Source: Vermamoeba vermiformis (lineage: Eukaryota). Taken from it: a DNA stretch of 64,000 nucleotides. The position numbers and the translations under genes are program-made. Of the stretch, positions 1 to 12,648 are shown piece after piece. The DNA lies in NCBI GenBank assembly GCA_045837725.1, contig JBEWZL010000257.1, positions 186,001 to 250,000 on the forward strand, read 5' to 3'. The stretch's first letter is position 1. Each line of letters opens with the position of its first letter. The notes under the pieces were generated by a model. It was not told the DNA's origin. It was given only the letters and a program-made list of their open reading frames with translations, and made no database searches.

Positions 1-850
1 ATGCCCATTTTAGGGTCGGATGCAGCACCGCGTAGAGTTCTGGACGAGTAGGCACGCCCTCCCCGCCCTTGAGCGTGACTGAGAGGTACTGACCAATCGC
101 TGCGCGCTGTTCGTGCGTGAGAGTGCGCGCTCTGCTGTCGAGCACCCAGCAGTGAATGCCTCTGCGGCCTGAGTAGATGAACATGATGTGCTCGTAGCCG
201 AACTCCTCCTTCAACACGTGCTCCAACACTTGCGCCGCTACACGCATGAGAGGCCAGCAGAGTGCACACATGGGCGTGCGCTGTTGTTTGCAGTCACAGC
301 CGCGCACATCGTCGTAGTCCGTCATGTCCACGTCAAACACCAGCTCTTTCTCGTCGGGTGCCATCGTGGTTTGGTGTTGCTTCGGCTGCAAGGGTCGTTA
401 ATGGGGAATAGTTATGCGCGTATAGTCGTGACGTACTGCGACGTTATAAATAGCGCCAATATCAATCTTGAGCACTGGGTTGTTCGCGCGTGTTTTTACT
501 AGATCTCGGCGCCAATCATCAACGTCCTTGTAGCTATTATAACGCGAATATACATCGCTACCATCGCGCATTGTTGTTGTAAAGGAGAATTCTCTGCGAG
601 AGAAGCGAGTGTTTGGTTGATCTTTATTTTCTATTTCGACGGATTAGTTTATATTTTAATGTTAGCATGCAATTTACCTCCATATGAAAGCCACTCGCCC
701 ATTAAATCGAACGGAAAAACGCGATCTGATGAAATTGTTAATACTACGTTATTAAGCTCTATTTCAGCTCTGTTTACCATAATAAATCTTTAGGTACTGC
801 TTAACCTCATCGGGGTTCATAGGTTCGACTTCCATCGCGCTATTAGCCAT
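1..850 (-). CDS. PRIM1: DNA primase small (catalytic) subunit, multi-exon, 3' end runs off the window
   Basis: Minus-strand exons read MANSAMEVEPMNPDEVKQYLKIYY / RVFPFDLMGEWLSY / REFSFT...KIDIGAIYN / EKELVFDVDMTDYDDVR...CWPLM...FIYSGRRGIHCWV. These match the primase motifs ELVFDxDxxDY and SGRRGxHCW. Confidence 0.95.
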
Positions 851-961
851 AGTGACGCGTGTGTTATTGTTCAGCGAGTGATTAGGACTGGAAGAATAAT
901 TCAAATTTTTTGAATTTTTGGCGGGCTCGTGCTTTTTGCGACCAAAATCAACAGGACAACC

Positions 962-1529
962 ATGTATGCTGTTAATATGCCAAAAGTTATAGTGCCTATG
1001 CCCCGAGTGCGGGATTCGGCTTGGTTTTTTGGCACTCAACCGAAGTTGATTGGGAATTCGTATCTGGTAAACGAAGAAGACATCCTCGATGCACTTGAAC
1101 GCGAGCTTCATGATAGGGTACATTAGTAGTACTAATGTAACATTATGGATATAATATAACTGCTCGATAGGACATCAAAATTCAGATGGCACCTGCGCCA
1201 ACACCAATTGGCACGCGCACTGACAAAGAGAAGGCTCGGGTAGCAGTTGGAGTCGACCCAGTTAATAATAGTGGCGAAGAAGAAGGTCAAGAGGCGATTG
1301 TAGCAGAAGAGGATCCCGACCTCGATCAACCTCTTATGTCATCCATTCAAGACGAGCAACAAGAGGGTGTCCAAGAGGAATTTATCGATGTTGAAGGGTT
1401 GGAAGAGATGGAGGGAATATACTCAGACGAGGTAATAGAGTTTCGAGCGTTGGATGCGCTTTGTACTGACACAGCTGATTGCAGGTGATTGATGCAGGTG
1501 AGTTTGAGGACTATGAAGATGACCAGTGA
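962..1529 (+). CDS. Anaphase-promoting complex subunit 15-like small acidic protein (3 exons)
   Basis: N-terminal PMPRVRDSAWF resembles the APC15 PRV...WF motif, followed by PIG and a long D/E-rich tail. Start could be 962 or 977. Confidence 0.6.
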
Positions 1530-1595
1530 AGCACCTTCATATTCGTGTAGTATAAATGTACATAAATCGCTATTAACTGTACATAGGCTTTATAT

Positions 1596-3667
1596 TTAAA
1601 AGTCCTTAATGATCATCAGCGTCTCATCGAGCTGCAGCAGTGAATTGAGCAGCAAGTCTTGAATGGTCTTCAATCGTTGCAGCGCTTGTTTGTCTTGATT
1701 CGATAGCACTGATATGTTTGTACCTTGCGCTTGCAACTTCTCTTCTTCTTCGGCCTTGTTGAGCACATCCGCGCTCAATTCCATGTGATGGAACAGACGC
1801 AGCTTCATATTGTGCATGGCCTTATATATCTCATTGACGAACAACAAATTGACTTGTTCTCGACGCACTGACCACAAGTAAAATGTCTTGGCGGGCTGAT
1901 GGTCTGCCATCTTGGGCACCTCTTGCAATTGCACCACGTCCTTGCTGAGCATCTTGTACAAGCGATCGCGCGTGTCTTTCACGGGGATCATTGCCAGCTC
2001 AGAGATTTGTTTCTGTTCCACGAGTCGTTTCGTCAACAACAAGCGCCAGATCCGCAGACTGGGCGCACCGAATTTGTGCAACACAATCGACTCGACGGAC
2101 TTCTGCTTGAGGATGTCAATCAGCGCGGTGGCATTGATCGTGTAGCCAGGCGGGGCGAGTACTTTGGTGAGAATGGGTGTCTTCTTGTCCTTGGCCATCA
2201 TATCGAGGTAATTGCGCAGTCGTTCGCTGCTCACTTTGAGCTTGTCGTGCTCCAAGATGCGTGCCATCAACTGCTCCTCACTCACCACACCTGTCAGCTG
2301 CGCATTAGCTTCGATTGCACTCGACTCCCGTGCATTACGTACAGTTGCTCGTGTCAGTGACGGGGGTGGTCGATTGTCGGAGACTAGGCTCGATAATATG
2401 AAACATCTCGCGTATGATCGTGGCCCCCACATTGTCAATCTTCTCTTGCACCAGCTGCACGATGAAGTCTTTGCGCAGCTCGTTCGTGAATCGATCGTAG
2501 TTCAGCGTCCACAACACTTTGGTGTCGTGCTGGCCAATCACGTGTCAGTCATCTCTGGTGCTATTTTTAGTCGCATTGTACTTACGAAAGCACCAATCTG
2601 CTGCGGCGCAGTGTTGTTGTTCGTGTTGTTGCCGTGGTCCGTGGCACTCTCAGCCATGAACACGTCAATTGGTGCTGGGGCGTGTGACACTTCGTTGACT
2701 TTTGTTGACCGCACTGACAACTTGCTCTTTTTGGGCGCACGCTTCGTGTTGGCGACTGGTTTGTCGTCCTCTTCTTCGTCGTCGTCTTCTTTGCGGGCAC
2801 GTTTCTGACATAATGACAGGTGTCAATCAGCGACTTCAGCTAGTAGACAGCTACTTACACGACCACGTGACTTTGCAGGTGTGTTGTCAGCACTCTCCGT
2901 GGCCGCTACATTGGTCTTGCTCACTCCAGGGCCTACATCCACACGCACGAGATATTGTTCCGCAATCATTTGCGTGATCAGCGCGCGCACGTGATCTTCC
3001 AGGGCCTCGTCGAGCTCTGCACCCAGCGTCGTGCGGAACTCGATTTCGCGGGCCATGACGGCTTTTTCGAGCTCCGGCACTGAGATGCGTCCTGCTGCTA
3101 GCAATTCTTCCGCTACGAGCTCGCCCTGAATAATATTCAGTGAATAGGATCTCAGTGGCCTGCGTGGGACATATTTGCATCCGTCATTGTGGGAAAATTA
3201 AAAGAAAATATGTTGGCAGTTAAAGACAAGCATTACATATTGTAGAATTGTATTACTTAATTTAAATAATATTATTTTAATTTTTTAATTTTTTTGACTT
3301 ACGCGATCGCCGAACCGCTCTTTGGCGTGCAGAATAAACTTCGCAAACCGTATTCTAATATTGACGGTGTCTATATTAACTGAGTAGTGATTGATTGCGA
3401 TATCTTTAACGATACTCTCAGTATAAAATATGAAGTTGTGCTGGATGCCGACCAATAAACTCTGTCGGATCTCGTCTAGAGTGAGTTGCGTCTCTTTACG
3501 CAATTGATCTAGAGTCATGCGGCCTTTGGTCATTAATTTACCACATACTTGCTGCAATAATAAAATGAGCTGTTATCAACGAGTGTTGGTAGATTTGTTA
3601 CCTCAACCAAGTCACCGAACTGCTCTTTGATAATATCTCGGGCTATTTTTATCTTGTAATCTGCCAT
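1596..3667 (-). CDS. POLR3C: RNA polymerase III subunit RPC3 (RPC82/POLR3C), multi-exon
   Basis: MADYKIKIARDIIKEQFGDLVE...LLVGIQHN N-terminus; C-terminal KFGAPSLRIWRLL...EQKQISELAM...LQEVPK...TFYLW. Confidence 0.92.
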
Positions 3668-3840
3668 GGGTGCAGCAATACTATTGTACTTGATATGTGT
3701 TAGTTCTCGGCAAGCAAGGAGACAAAACAAAACGGGTTTTATTTCTAAGTTGAAATTCCCACGCACGTGACAGCCCTGGTAGATGTACCGCGACGATAAT
3801 ACAAAAAAGTTATTTAATACAGTTAATACTATGTACATGA

Positions 3841-5004
3841 TCACAATTTGATCTTTTTGTTTGGATGCAGCGTCAGATCGGCATCAGCATCGAGGTCCAA
3901 TATGTTCCTAATGTCCACATCTTGATTGCTCTGATCGCGCTCATCGTCATTCGGTCGCGGTCTTTTGCGGTGAGTGCCAGCGCGGCGCGGCAATTCACTG
4001 AACACGGGCATGTAGTCACGTGACTTGGGCAGTGGTCGCTCTGCAAACCATTCATGAACGAGTGCTTCGCTGGCACTGATACGCTTGCGTGGGTCCCAAG
4101 TGAGCAGTTTGTTGAGCAAGTCAATGCCTGCATCGCTCAACTTGCCCTGAAAGCGGATCTTCAAGTCGTTGAACGGGTGCGTGGGCAGGACGAACTTGCT
4201 GGCGAGGGGCAGGGCAGTGAATCCAGGCCAGATCCGCTCCGAAGGTGTGCCGAGCAACTTGCACATGCGCGTGAGTTGTTCGAGCTCAGTCTGTCCTGCG
4301 AGCACTGGTCTGCCCAGCACGAGCTCGGCCATCACGCAGCCCAGCGACCACATGTCAATCGCCGTGTCGTAGTTCTCATCGCCGAACAACAGCTCTGGTG
4401 CGCGGTACCACAGCGTGACGACTTTAGGGGTGAGGCGATGATCTTTGAGCGGCCAGGCGTACAGGCGTGCCAGTCCAAAGTCCGCGAGCTTGATGTGGCC
4501 CTTGTTGTCGTAGAGCAAGTTGCTCATTTTGATGTCGCGGTGTATCAGCCACGACGAGTGCAGATAGTCCATGGCCTCGAACAGATCCAACATGAGGCGC
4601 TTCACTTCAGTCACGCTGAACATGGGCTTGAAGTTGTTGTGGTCGTGCAGATCTGCCAAGTCGATCGGCTCGTATTCAAATACGAGATAGACGTCATCGC
4701 GCTCACGGTCAATGCACACATCGAGCAGCGTTACAATAGACTCGTGCCGCACTGTCTTCAATATGTCAATCTCGCGGTAACTGGTAATTGATAGCCCTGG
4801 CTTGGGGCCTGCATTCTTGTCTTTGGGATCGTCCGGTGCTTGTCGAATCCGCACTTTCTTCAATGCACGCAGCTCATTCGTACGCTTATCGCGCGCTTTG
4901 TATACGACGCCATACGTGCCTTCACCTATCTTCTCAATGAGCTCGTAATCGTCTTTGACGTTGTTGCAGATCCCACGCACTTCTTGCCATTTTATACCGC
5001 GCAT
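3841..5004 (-). CDS. Cyclin-dependent kinase, CDK10/CDK11 family
   Basis: Complete kinase domain: GEGTYGVV, ITSYREI (PITSLRE/PISSLRE-like), HRDIK, DFGLAR, TPKVVTLWYRAPELLFG, LLGTPSERIWPGF. Confidence 0.9.
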   Translation of the reverse strand: MRGIKWQEVRGICNNVKDDYELIEKIGEGTYGVVYKARDKRTNELRALKKVRIRQAPDDPKDKNAGPKPGLSITSYREIDILKTVRHESIVTLLDVCIDRERDDVYLVFEYEPIDLADLHDHNNFKPMFSVTEVKRLMLDLFEAMDYLHSSWLIHRDIKMSNLLYDNKGHIKLADFGLARLYAWPLKDHRLTPKVVTLWYRAPELLFGDENYDTAIDMWSLGCVMAELVLGRPVLAGQTELEQLTRMCKLLGTPSERIWPGFTALPLASKFVLPTHPFNDLKIRFQGKLSDAGIDLLNKLLTWDPRKRISASEALVHEWFAERPLPKSRDYMPVFSELPRRAGTHRKRPRPNDDERDQSNQDVDIRNILDLDADADLTLHPNKKIKL

Positions 5005-5315
5005 TCAACTGCAAATAATATTTAATATTGCTACTACCAGGCATAATCTTAATAATGAGAATTATTTTATTATTTTTGAATTTTTTTTTGGATCTGCAGT
5101 GAGTTGTTGATGTTAAGTACCTTTTGAGTAATATTAGCCTTCCAATGAATATTTGTTGCTTTATGAATTGAATGTTGTAAAGTGCAGTTGTTGTTGTGTT
5201 GCACGATCTCGCGGACAATGAAATGCGCTTGTAACCCGCTACAAGCAAGATGTTTTCCTAGTTATTTACAACCACGCATTTATTGTTACAAGAGCTATAT
5301 ATACTAAGGTGTACA

Positions 5316-6431
5316 CTAAGCTTCGCATGACTCGAGAATCAGTGCGCGCAGCTGGTCAATGCCCAGATGTGAGTGCGTACTGGTCAACAACACTTCTGGA
5401 AAACACATGCGACCCCATGACGAAGTTGCTATTGTCGCTGTAGTCTTTTGATACACCTCTTGGAGCTCAGTCTGCGAGAGTTTGTCGACTTTCGTCAAGA
5501 TCAGCATCCAAGGAACATATTTCTCGCTCAAATAGCGCATTACTTCTTCATCACTCGCTGATATGCCAACTCGACTATCGATCAATAAGATTACTCGCCT
5601 TAAATGCAGCTTCAAGGTGCGCACATCAATTCGCGAGTGCCAGTACGCGCTGATGAGATCCGTCATTGAACGTCGCATGGCCTGTCCTACAGCTGCATAG
5701 CCATATCCAGGCAGATCTACGAGTACTAGACTGTGTTCTAATTGCAAGAAGTGTAGTGCGCGTGTACATCCAGGTGTAGAACTGACATTTGACACTACTC
5801 GCGGTCCTATATATCCAAGCACATTAGAACTTCATAGACAGAATTACACTTAATATGCCTGCGTACCTGTGAGCCCCTTGTCGCGCGCTAAGAGTGCATT
5901 GAGCAGCGAGGACTTGCCGACATTGCTGCGGCCGACAATAGCCACTTCAGGCAGTCGATGGCCGTGGTGCTCGAACACTGCTGCGCGCACCTGCTCCACA
6001 CTCTCTGCGACACTGCGTATGAAGGGCGACTTGGTGAACAAGCGCTGTGCTCGCGCCTGCAGATCTGGCGAGAAGTGGGTGAGAGGCGAATAGTCTACAT
6101 CGACTATAGGACCCTCTTTAGTATCACTGCGCGTATGTTCTTTTTTGTTCGGTTTAGCTGTTGCTGGTTTCAATTTCAATGCTGGATTGCGCCGCTGTCT
6201 GGCCAACGACTTGGCTATGCTATCTAACTCCGCTATTTGTTTGTACTGTGCTTCGCGCTTTTGTTCTATGACATTTTTGTAGAATTTTTTGCCGCTCTTG
6301 CGCGGGATCTGGTTGGATCTCTGCTTGTTACTCGTTAATCCTCGCGTATTTTCATTGACTGCGCTGCTACTCGCTCTAATATAAGTGCAATTAATATGGG
6401 CGCGAAAGACGAGACTGCGCAGCGTGTTCAT
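5316..6431 (-). CDS. EngB/YihA-family ribosome-biogenesis GTPase (GTPBP8-like) with probable organellar presequence, 2 exons
   Basis: PEVAIVGRSNVGKSSLLNAL (G1), STPGCT, VDLPGYGYA (G3), LTKVDK (G4); basic, acid-poor N-terminus. Confidence 0.92.
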
Positions 6432-6505
6432 GCTGTTGCGTGGAATAATTTCAAGACACTGAAAGCTAAATCAAATGCAATTACTTGATCGAGACTAGAG
6501 ACACA

Positions 6506-7240
6506 ATGACTATAGACACTACAACTCTCGCATCACTCACATGGCTCGTGGGTATCGTGAGCAGTGTGTTGAGTGTGATTGTCATGCTTAATCCGCTCAG
6601 ATTCGTGTTGGAGGTGACATCGAATGCTGATACCGCGAGTAATAATAAGAAAAATATATCAGTGCCGACATTTATTGCCCTCTTCGGCAATTTCTTGATC
6701 TGGAATGCCTACGGTCTGATCACCCGCAACCCCATCGTGTTCGTGCAGAACTTGCTGGGTGTGTGCATGGCGTCGTTCTATTTGTACCGCTTGTACTACT
6801 GCAAACACCTCGCACCCGAGCACAAGGTAAGGCCTGCTCTGCTGCTACTCGTGCTTACTCACTTGTCTTGGCAGCATCACATGACAGTCGGTGTGGGGGC
6901 CATATTGACGATCATATTCATCATCGGCGTATTATTCAAGCTGGAAATGCTCAATGTCTCGCTGATCGGCTGGGTGGCAGATCTGTTCTCACTCGCAGTG
7001 TTTGCTGCTCCCTTGAGCGAGCTCATGATGATCGTGCGCACTAAAAGCACTGAGAGCTTGTCCTTTTCCTTCGCTCTGACGTGCTGGCTGAGTGCTGCGT
7101 GTTGGAGTGTGTACGGCGTGTTGGTGGGCGATGTGAACATCTTGCTGCCCAATGCACTGGGCTTCATGTTGACCTGCCTGCAGCTGTCACTGTTCGTGTT
7201 GTATCCCAATAAGAAGAAGAAGAACTTGCTGTTCTTGTAA
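6506..7240 (+). CDS. SWEET / MtN3-saliva sugar transporter
   Basis: Two MtN3 repeats (WNAYGL...QNLLG; FAAPLS...IVRTKSTESLSF...WSVYG...PNALG). Probable 48-nt intron at 6827-6874. Confidence 0.92.
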   Translation: MTIDTTTLASLTWLVGIVSSVLSVIVMLNPLRFVLEVTSNADTASNNKKNISVPTFIALFGNFLIWNAYGLITRNPIVFVQNLLGVCMASFYLYRLYYCKHLAPEHKVRPALLLLVLTHLSWQHHMTVGVGAILTIIFIIGVLFKLEMLNVSLIGWVADLFSLAVFAAPLSELMMIVRTKSTESLSFSFALTCWLSAACWSVYGVLVGDVNILLPNALGFMLTCLQLSLFVLYPNKKKKNLLFL

Positions 7241-7345
7241 CCATGTGTCATATATAAACTGTACAGACCTTAAATGGATCTAACTCGAGTGTTACGCAAG
7301 TTAATTTATATCGCACAAAATAGAGATGAAAATATACAATAATGC

Positions 7346-9040
7346 CTATTCGTCGTCATCGTGCATAGTCTCATCGCCACGGAGGTACTCTTCTTCGTCT
7401 TCATCGTCCTCATCCGGTTTCTTCGCATTCACATCGTACACATTAATCTCCTCATCTTCAGCTACCGCACCGCTGCTATTGTTATTCGTGCTAGTGTTGA
7501 ATCGGGACTGCACAGAGCTCAACATGCCTGCATTCAACAGCAGGGGTTGACCGTGCTTGCCACCCACGGCCAGCAACAGCGGGGTGTCGGGCGAGAAGGC
7601 GAGCGAGAAGCTCGGACCCAAGCTCTTAGTCTTGCTATATACACAGCTGGGTTTGCCCACCGTCAGCTCGCCATTCACTGCCTCGCCGCGTATGTCCCAC
7701 AACTTGACGGGACTGTCGCGCTCCGGACTGCAGGTGGCAATCAATCCACTCACGCGACTGACACTGATCGCACTGCACGCGTCACTGTGTGCGGCACATT
7801 GCCACAACTGACCTGCACGTGGCTTCTGACCCAACTGTCGGATGTCAAAGGCGAACATGTTGCCACCCTCATCGCTGACGAGCACGTGATAGCTAGACCA
7901 GGGCAGCCACTGCACGCACTCGACGTCGTGACTGACACTCATCACTGCACCGCTCTTGCCCACACGAATGTCCGTCAAGTGCACTTTCTTGTCAAATCCT
8001 CCCGAGGCCAACATGGCTGCTTCACTCGTGTGCCAGGCCACGCACTGCACTGCGGCAGAGTGGTGTTGCAGTGTGAGCAGCGCGGCTTGTTTGCTCAAGT
8101 CCCAGCACTTGACGGTCTGATCCGCGGAAGACGAGGCGAGTACCGTGCGCTGCAACTGATTCCACGCGAGTCCGAGCACTGCATCGCGATGACTGTCAGG
8201 CACGAGTTGCTTGTGACGCGACTTCTTGTTCTGCATGCTCGACTTCTTGCCCTCTGCAGGCTGCAACAGGTCGTGTGAGAGCACTGAGCCACCCAATATA
8301 GCCACGGGCTTGGGCGTGTCCATCGTGTCGAGGTCCCAGATCTCAATGCCGGGCTCGAAGCTGCCCACGCAGACCATGTTGTGTGCCTTGTTCGGATCTG
8401 CAGCTCCGAGCACGGGGTGGTAGTTGAGCCAGGCCAAGCTGAGGGGCATGGCGGGCAACAAGTAGTCGTGGTGTATGTAGATGCTGGGGTCCTGCGCGTT
8501 CTGCACCTCATCGACGACATAGACGTCCAACTGACTCAGCTCCTCTTCGCTCGACACGCACGTCACGAGCAGCGAGTCGGTAGGACGGATCAGCACGTCT
8601 TCAATCTCATCTTGCTCGGCCTCATCGTGCAGGGTGATGTTCGGATCGTCTTTGTTGTTCTTGTACATGAGGCCCTTCATGCCGCCAATCAGCGCTGCCA
8701 AGTTGCTCTCGTCGCCTTCTTCGTCGTATTCGTCTAGACCGTACTTCTTGATGATATCTTCCTCATCGCTGACATCATTAATGTCTTCTTGATCTCTAAT
8801 TATTGGAGAAGAAAATAAGCATTAGTCTATTTAATTAATAGATGCAATCCAGATTTGCGATCATGATCGCAAAAAATAATATTTACAGGTGTATTAAATT
8901 ATATTATATACTCACTCATCCTCATTATCGACGCCTGCGTCATTTTCAACGTTTTCTTCCTCTTCCTGTTCTGGATCTTTAAAACGATCCGGCATGGATT
9001 TTGCGAATCCCTTTGGAACCCAACAGATAGCACTCAACAT
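7346..9040 (-). CDS. PWP1: Periodic tryptophan protein 1 (WD40 ribosome-biogenesis factor)
   Basis: First exon MLSAICWVPKG; then YIHHDYLLPAMPLSLAW, GSFEPGIEIWDLD, HRDAVLGLAWN...LASSSADQTVKCWDL. Confidence 0.93.
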
Positions 9041-9162
9041 GATATGACAGTAATGTATATATTCGTTTGATCTCGCAGTTGATGCCTGGTCTTCGCAAGG
9101 GAATTGAAGTGAGAATGGATCGCACTGTCGTTATTACTTCCTCGAGGCACTGAACAAACACA

Positions 9163-10379
9163 ATGAGCAACAATAAGATGGAAGTTGATAGTGAGGTGCT
9201 GGATGTTCGTGCGGCATTGCAAGCATCGAGCAAGAAGCAGAGCGAGCTGTTGGATCAAGTCCAGCCTGGCGTTGAATCCACGCAACAGATGGATCTTGGC
9301 AACTTAGTATTGTTTTCTTATGAAAATGTTGCCCCTGAAGAACTTGATCAGAAGGCAGTAGAGTTAACTCAAGCGCTCGTTGGTATGGATTATTTTAAAT
9401 ATTTAAATTGCGAATTTTTTGGTAACGATCTGCGATTCGATCTTTTTGATTACAGCAGGAACCTTCACCACAATTAAATAATAATGCATCTAATATTATT
9501 AAAATTAATTAAAATGCACAATCTATTGACAGTTCCAAAAGTTAAACAGATCGGGATCGCGTCAGATCGCATCTCAATATTTAATAACCGATTGTACAAT
9601 ACACAGGCGCTATATTTTCACTGCCTGCCGAGCGATCAGATGTTGGTCCCCTCGCACAACTCCCAGCAGGCGAGACAGTGCTGCCGCGTGCCAAGCCCAT
9701 CCCGCAAGCCAAGCCCCTCACGCGCTGGGAACAATTTGCGCGCGAGAAGGGCATTCAAAAGCGCAAGAAGAGCGCGATGGAGTGGGACCCCGTGGAGAAC
9801 AAGTACAAACCTCGCTGGGGCTACAATCGCATTGACAAGGACGATCAAGCGAATCCGAACGAAGAGAAGTGGGTGGTGGACGCCAAGGAGGGCGATCAAC
9901 TCGGCTCCGATCCCTGGCTCGAGCGACGTCAAGCCAAGCGTGAGCGCATTGCTGCGCAGAGCAAGAACGAGCGCCGCAACCGCGCCGTGGCTGCGAAGAG
10001 TGTGGCCGCGACGAGTGGCAGCAAGACGCACGTGCTGAATCACGTGGACGAGACACTGGTGCGCCGCATCAATCAAGCAGCACCTGGGGGCCACAACATG
10101 TCCAAGAATGACCTCGAGACGCAGGTCAAGTTAGCGCAGCGCTCCACAGCCTCCATGGGCAAGTTCGATGTGAAGCGTGCAGCAGAGCCCAAGCTGAAGG
10201 TGAAGAGCAAGAAGGAGCGCGCCACTGGCACTGGCAACGAACGCGCCGCTAACATGCAGATCTTGAACCGAATCATGGCCAAGGAAGAGGGTCAGATTGA
10301 GATGGACAAGGCTGTCAACCAACACATTGCTCAAGAACAACGCGCGAATAAGAACAAGAAGAGAAAATCGCGAGACTAG
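9163..10379 (+). CDS. RRS1: Ribosome biogenesis regulatory protein RRS1, 2 exons
   Basis: DLGNL N-terminal motif; LPRAKPIPQAKPLTRWEQFAREKGIQK, PRWGY, AQRSTASMGKFD. Confidence 0.95.
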
Positions 10380-10618
10380 AATAGCGAGTAATCCAATTAA
10401 TTGCCTAATTTGGTAAAAACACTGTCCGTCCTCTTGTACTGCTTAAACCACTTGTATATAGAACCAATGCGAATAAAGTCGTCACAATCCAACTGTTGCA
10501 GATAGCAATAATACAACACTAGTGCTGTGTAGTGAATTACATGTCATTGTGGTAACATAACTGGGTGTGCATCTGCTTATTTCATTTAACATCATTTTCG
10601 CGTTAGCGCCATACAACA

Positions 10619-12429
10619 ATGGAGACTAACGCGAACAATATTCAGCCAAGCGATTCTTCCACAAAGCAGAAGTTGACCGTGCTCAATATCGGTGTGCTCG
10701 GGCACATCGACAGTGGCAAGACGTCGCTGTGTGCTAGTCTGTCCACGGTATTGTCAACAGCTGCACTGGACAAATCTCCGCAGTCTGTTGAGCGCGGCAT
10801 TACTCTTGACTTGCAGTTCTCTGCTTTCACGCTGGATGTGCCTGAAAATTGTTCAAATCCGAATGTCAGCGGCCACAAAAAAATTCTTGTTTCACTAGTG
10901 GATTGTCCTGGCCATGCGTCATTAATTCGCACTATTATTGGTGGTAAGTCAATTGTACCTGATTTTTAATTGAATTTTTGAATTAAAATTGAATTTATTT
11001 AACTCTCGCACTATCCTAGGCGCGCAAATCATCGACATGGTGCTGCTCGTGATTGATGTCACCAAAGGCATTCAAACACAGACCGCTGAAGGCATTGTGG
11101 TCGCAGAAGTGACTACCAACAAGATGGTGATCGTACTCAACAAGGTGGATCTGCTGCCGCCGAACGAGGCTGAAGCGCGCATGACGAAGGTCACTGCGAC
11201 CATCAAGCGGGCACTGGCCGGCTCCAAGTTCGCCGATGCCCCCATCATCCCCTACGCCGCACGTCCCGCGAGTCCCACCACGAGCAGTGCTGCAGCGCTG
11301 CACGGCGCCATTCTCGCAGCAGCACCGAGTCTGACGCGCACGGACACGGACAGCAAGCACTTCTTGATGCTCGTCGATCACTGCTTTGCACTCAAGGGCA
11401 AGGGCACTGTCTGCACGGGCACGGTGCTGCGCGGAAGTATCTCCGTCGGTCAGTCCGTGGAATTTCCTAATTTGGGTGAGACCAAGAAAGTCAAGTCCAT
11501 TCACATCTTTCACGAGCCACACGACACGGCGCAGCAAGGTGATCGCATTGGCATGTTGGTGACACAACTCGACAGTCAACAGCTCGAGCGCGGCTATGCG
11601 TGCTATCCTGGCGCCATTCACAGCGGCGTGACGCACGTGTTGAGCAGCGTGCAGCAGATCAAGTACTTCAAAGCGGACCTCGCCTCGCAACAAACACTGC
11701 ACGTGACCATTGGCCACTACACCACCACCGCACGACTCGTGTTCATGAACAGTGCCGTGGACCCGAGCAGCAGTGAGTTCGGGGAGTGGTCTGCGCACGA
11801 GTATCCGTACGTGCCTGTCCTGCCCAGTGTCAAGAGCACTGACGCGCAAGTGACACCTGTCAAACACTATCTCGCACTCATCGAGTTCGACAAGCCCATG
11901 TTAGTGCCACCACATGCGCTATTAATAGCCTCAAAGCTCGACGCAGATATTCGTAAGTAGATCTCACTTTGACACGTGTCACGCGCTGACAGTCACGTGA
12001 CAGATCTGAATCAGTGTCGCATTGCCTTCAGCGGTCACGTGATCAGCACGCTGCAGCAGTCGCAGCTCGCGGAGCTCAAGATCTTCAAGACCAAGCACAA
12101 GCGCGGCGAGATTGAGCGTGTAAGTGCACATGTGTTGTCACGTGCCAGGGGACTAACCGCGACAGATGAATGACGAGCGCAATGCCATTGGTCGCAATCT
12201 GTTCAAGAAAGAGACGGACATGAACAAGTTCACCAACATGCACGTGACCATTGAGCGCGAGGGCAGCGTGATTGCGCGCGGTGTGATTGAGGGCGCATTC
12301 GGCAAGAGCGGCAAGTTCAAAGTGCGTCTCAGTCACGTGGAGAGTGGCGTGAGTGTGCAGCCACGTGATCAGATTGTACTGGCACTCAAACGATACACTT
12401 TTGATAAGACCAAGCGCAACTATCAGTAG
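10619..12429 (+). CDS. EEFSEC: Selenocysteine-specific elongation factor eEFSec, multi-exon
   Basis: NIGVLGHIDSGKT, AALDKSPQSVERGITLDL, VDCPGHASLIRTIIGGAQIID, GIQTQTAE, DHCF, SKLDADI...CRIAF, GVIEGAFGKSGKFK. Confidence 0.95.
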
Positions 12430-12648
12430 ATCTGCGCTGATCGCACTGCTTGTATTAAATCCACTGTACATATTGTCAAATAGAATTCACTGCGAGGTAC
12501 ACTACGCTCATCTGAATATTGAAACTGAAAATGCAAAAATACGAAAAAACAGAAATGCAATTGAGTTGAGTGATTTTCAATTTTACCAACAACGCCGTTA
12601 ATTCAATTCAACTACCACATACACCGCAACACCTCTCCGTTCAGTGTC

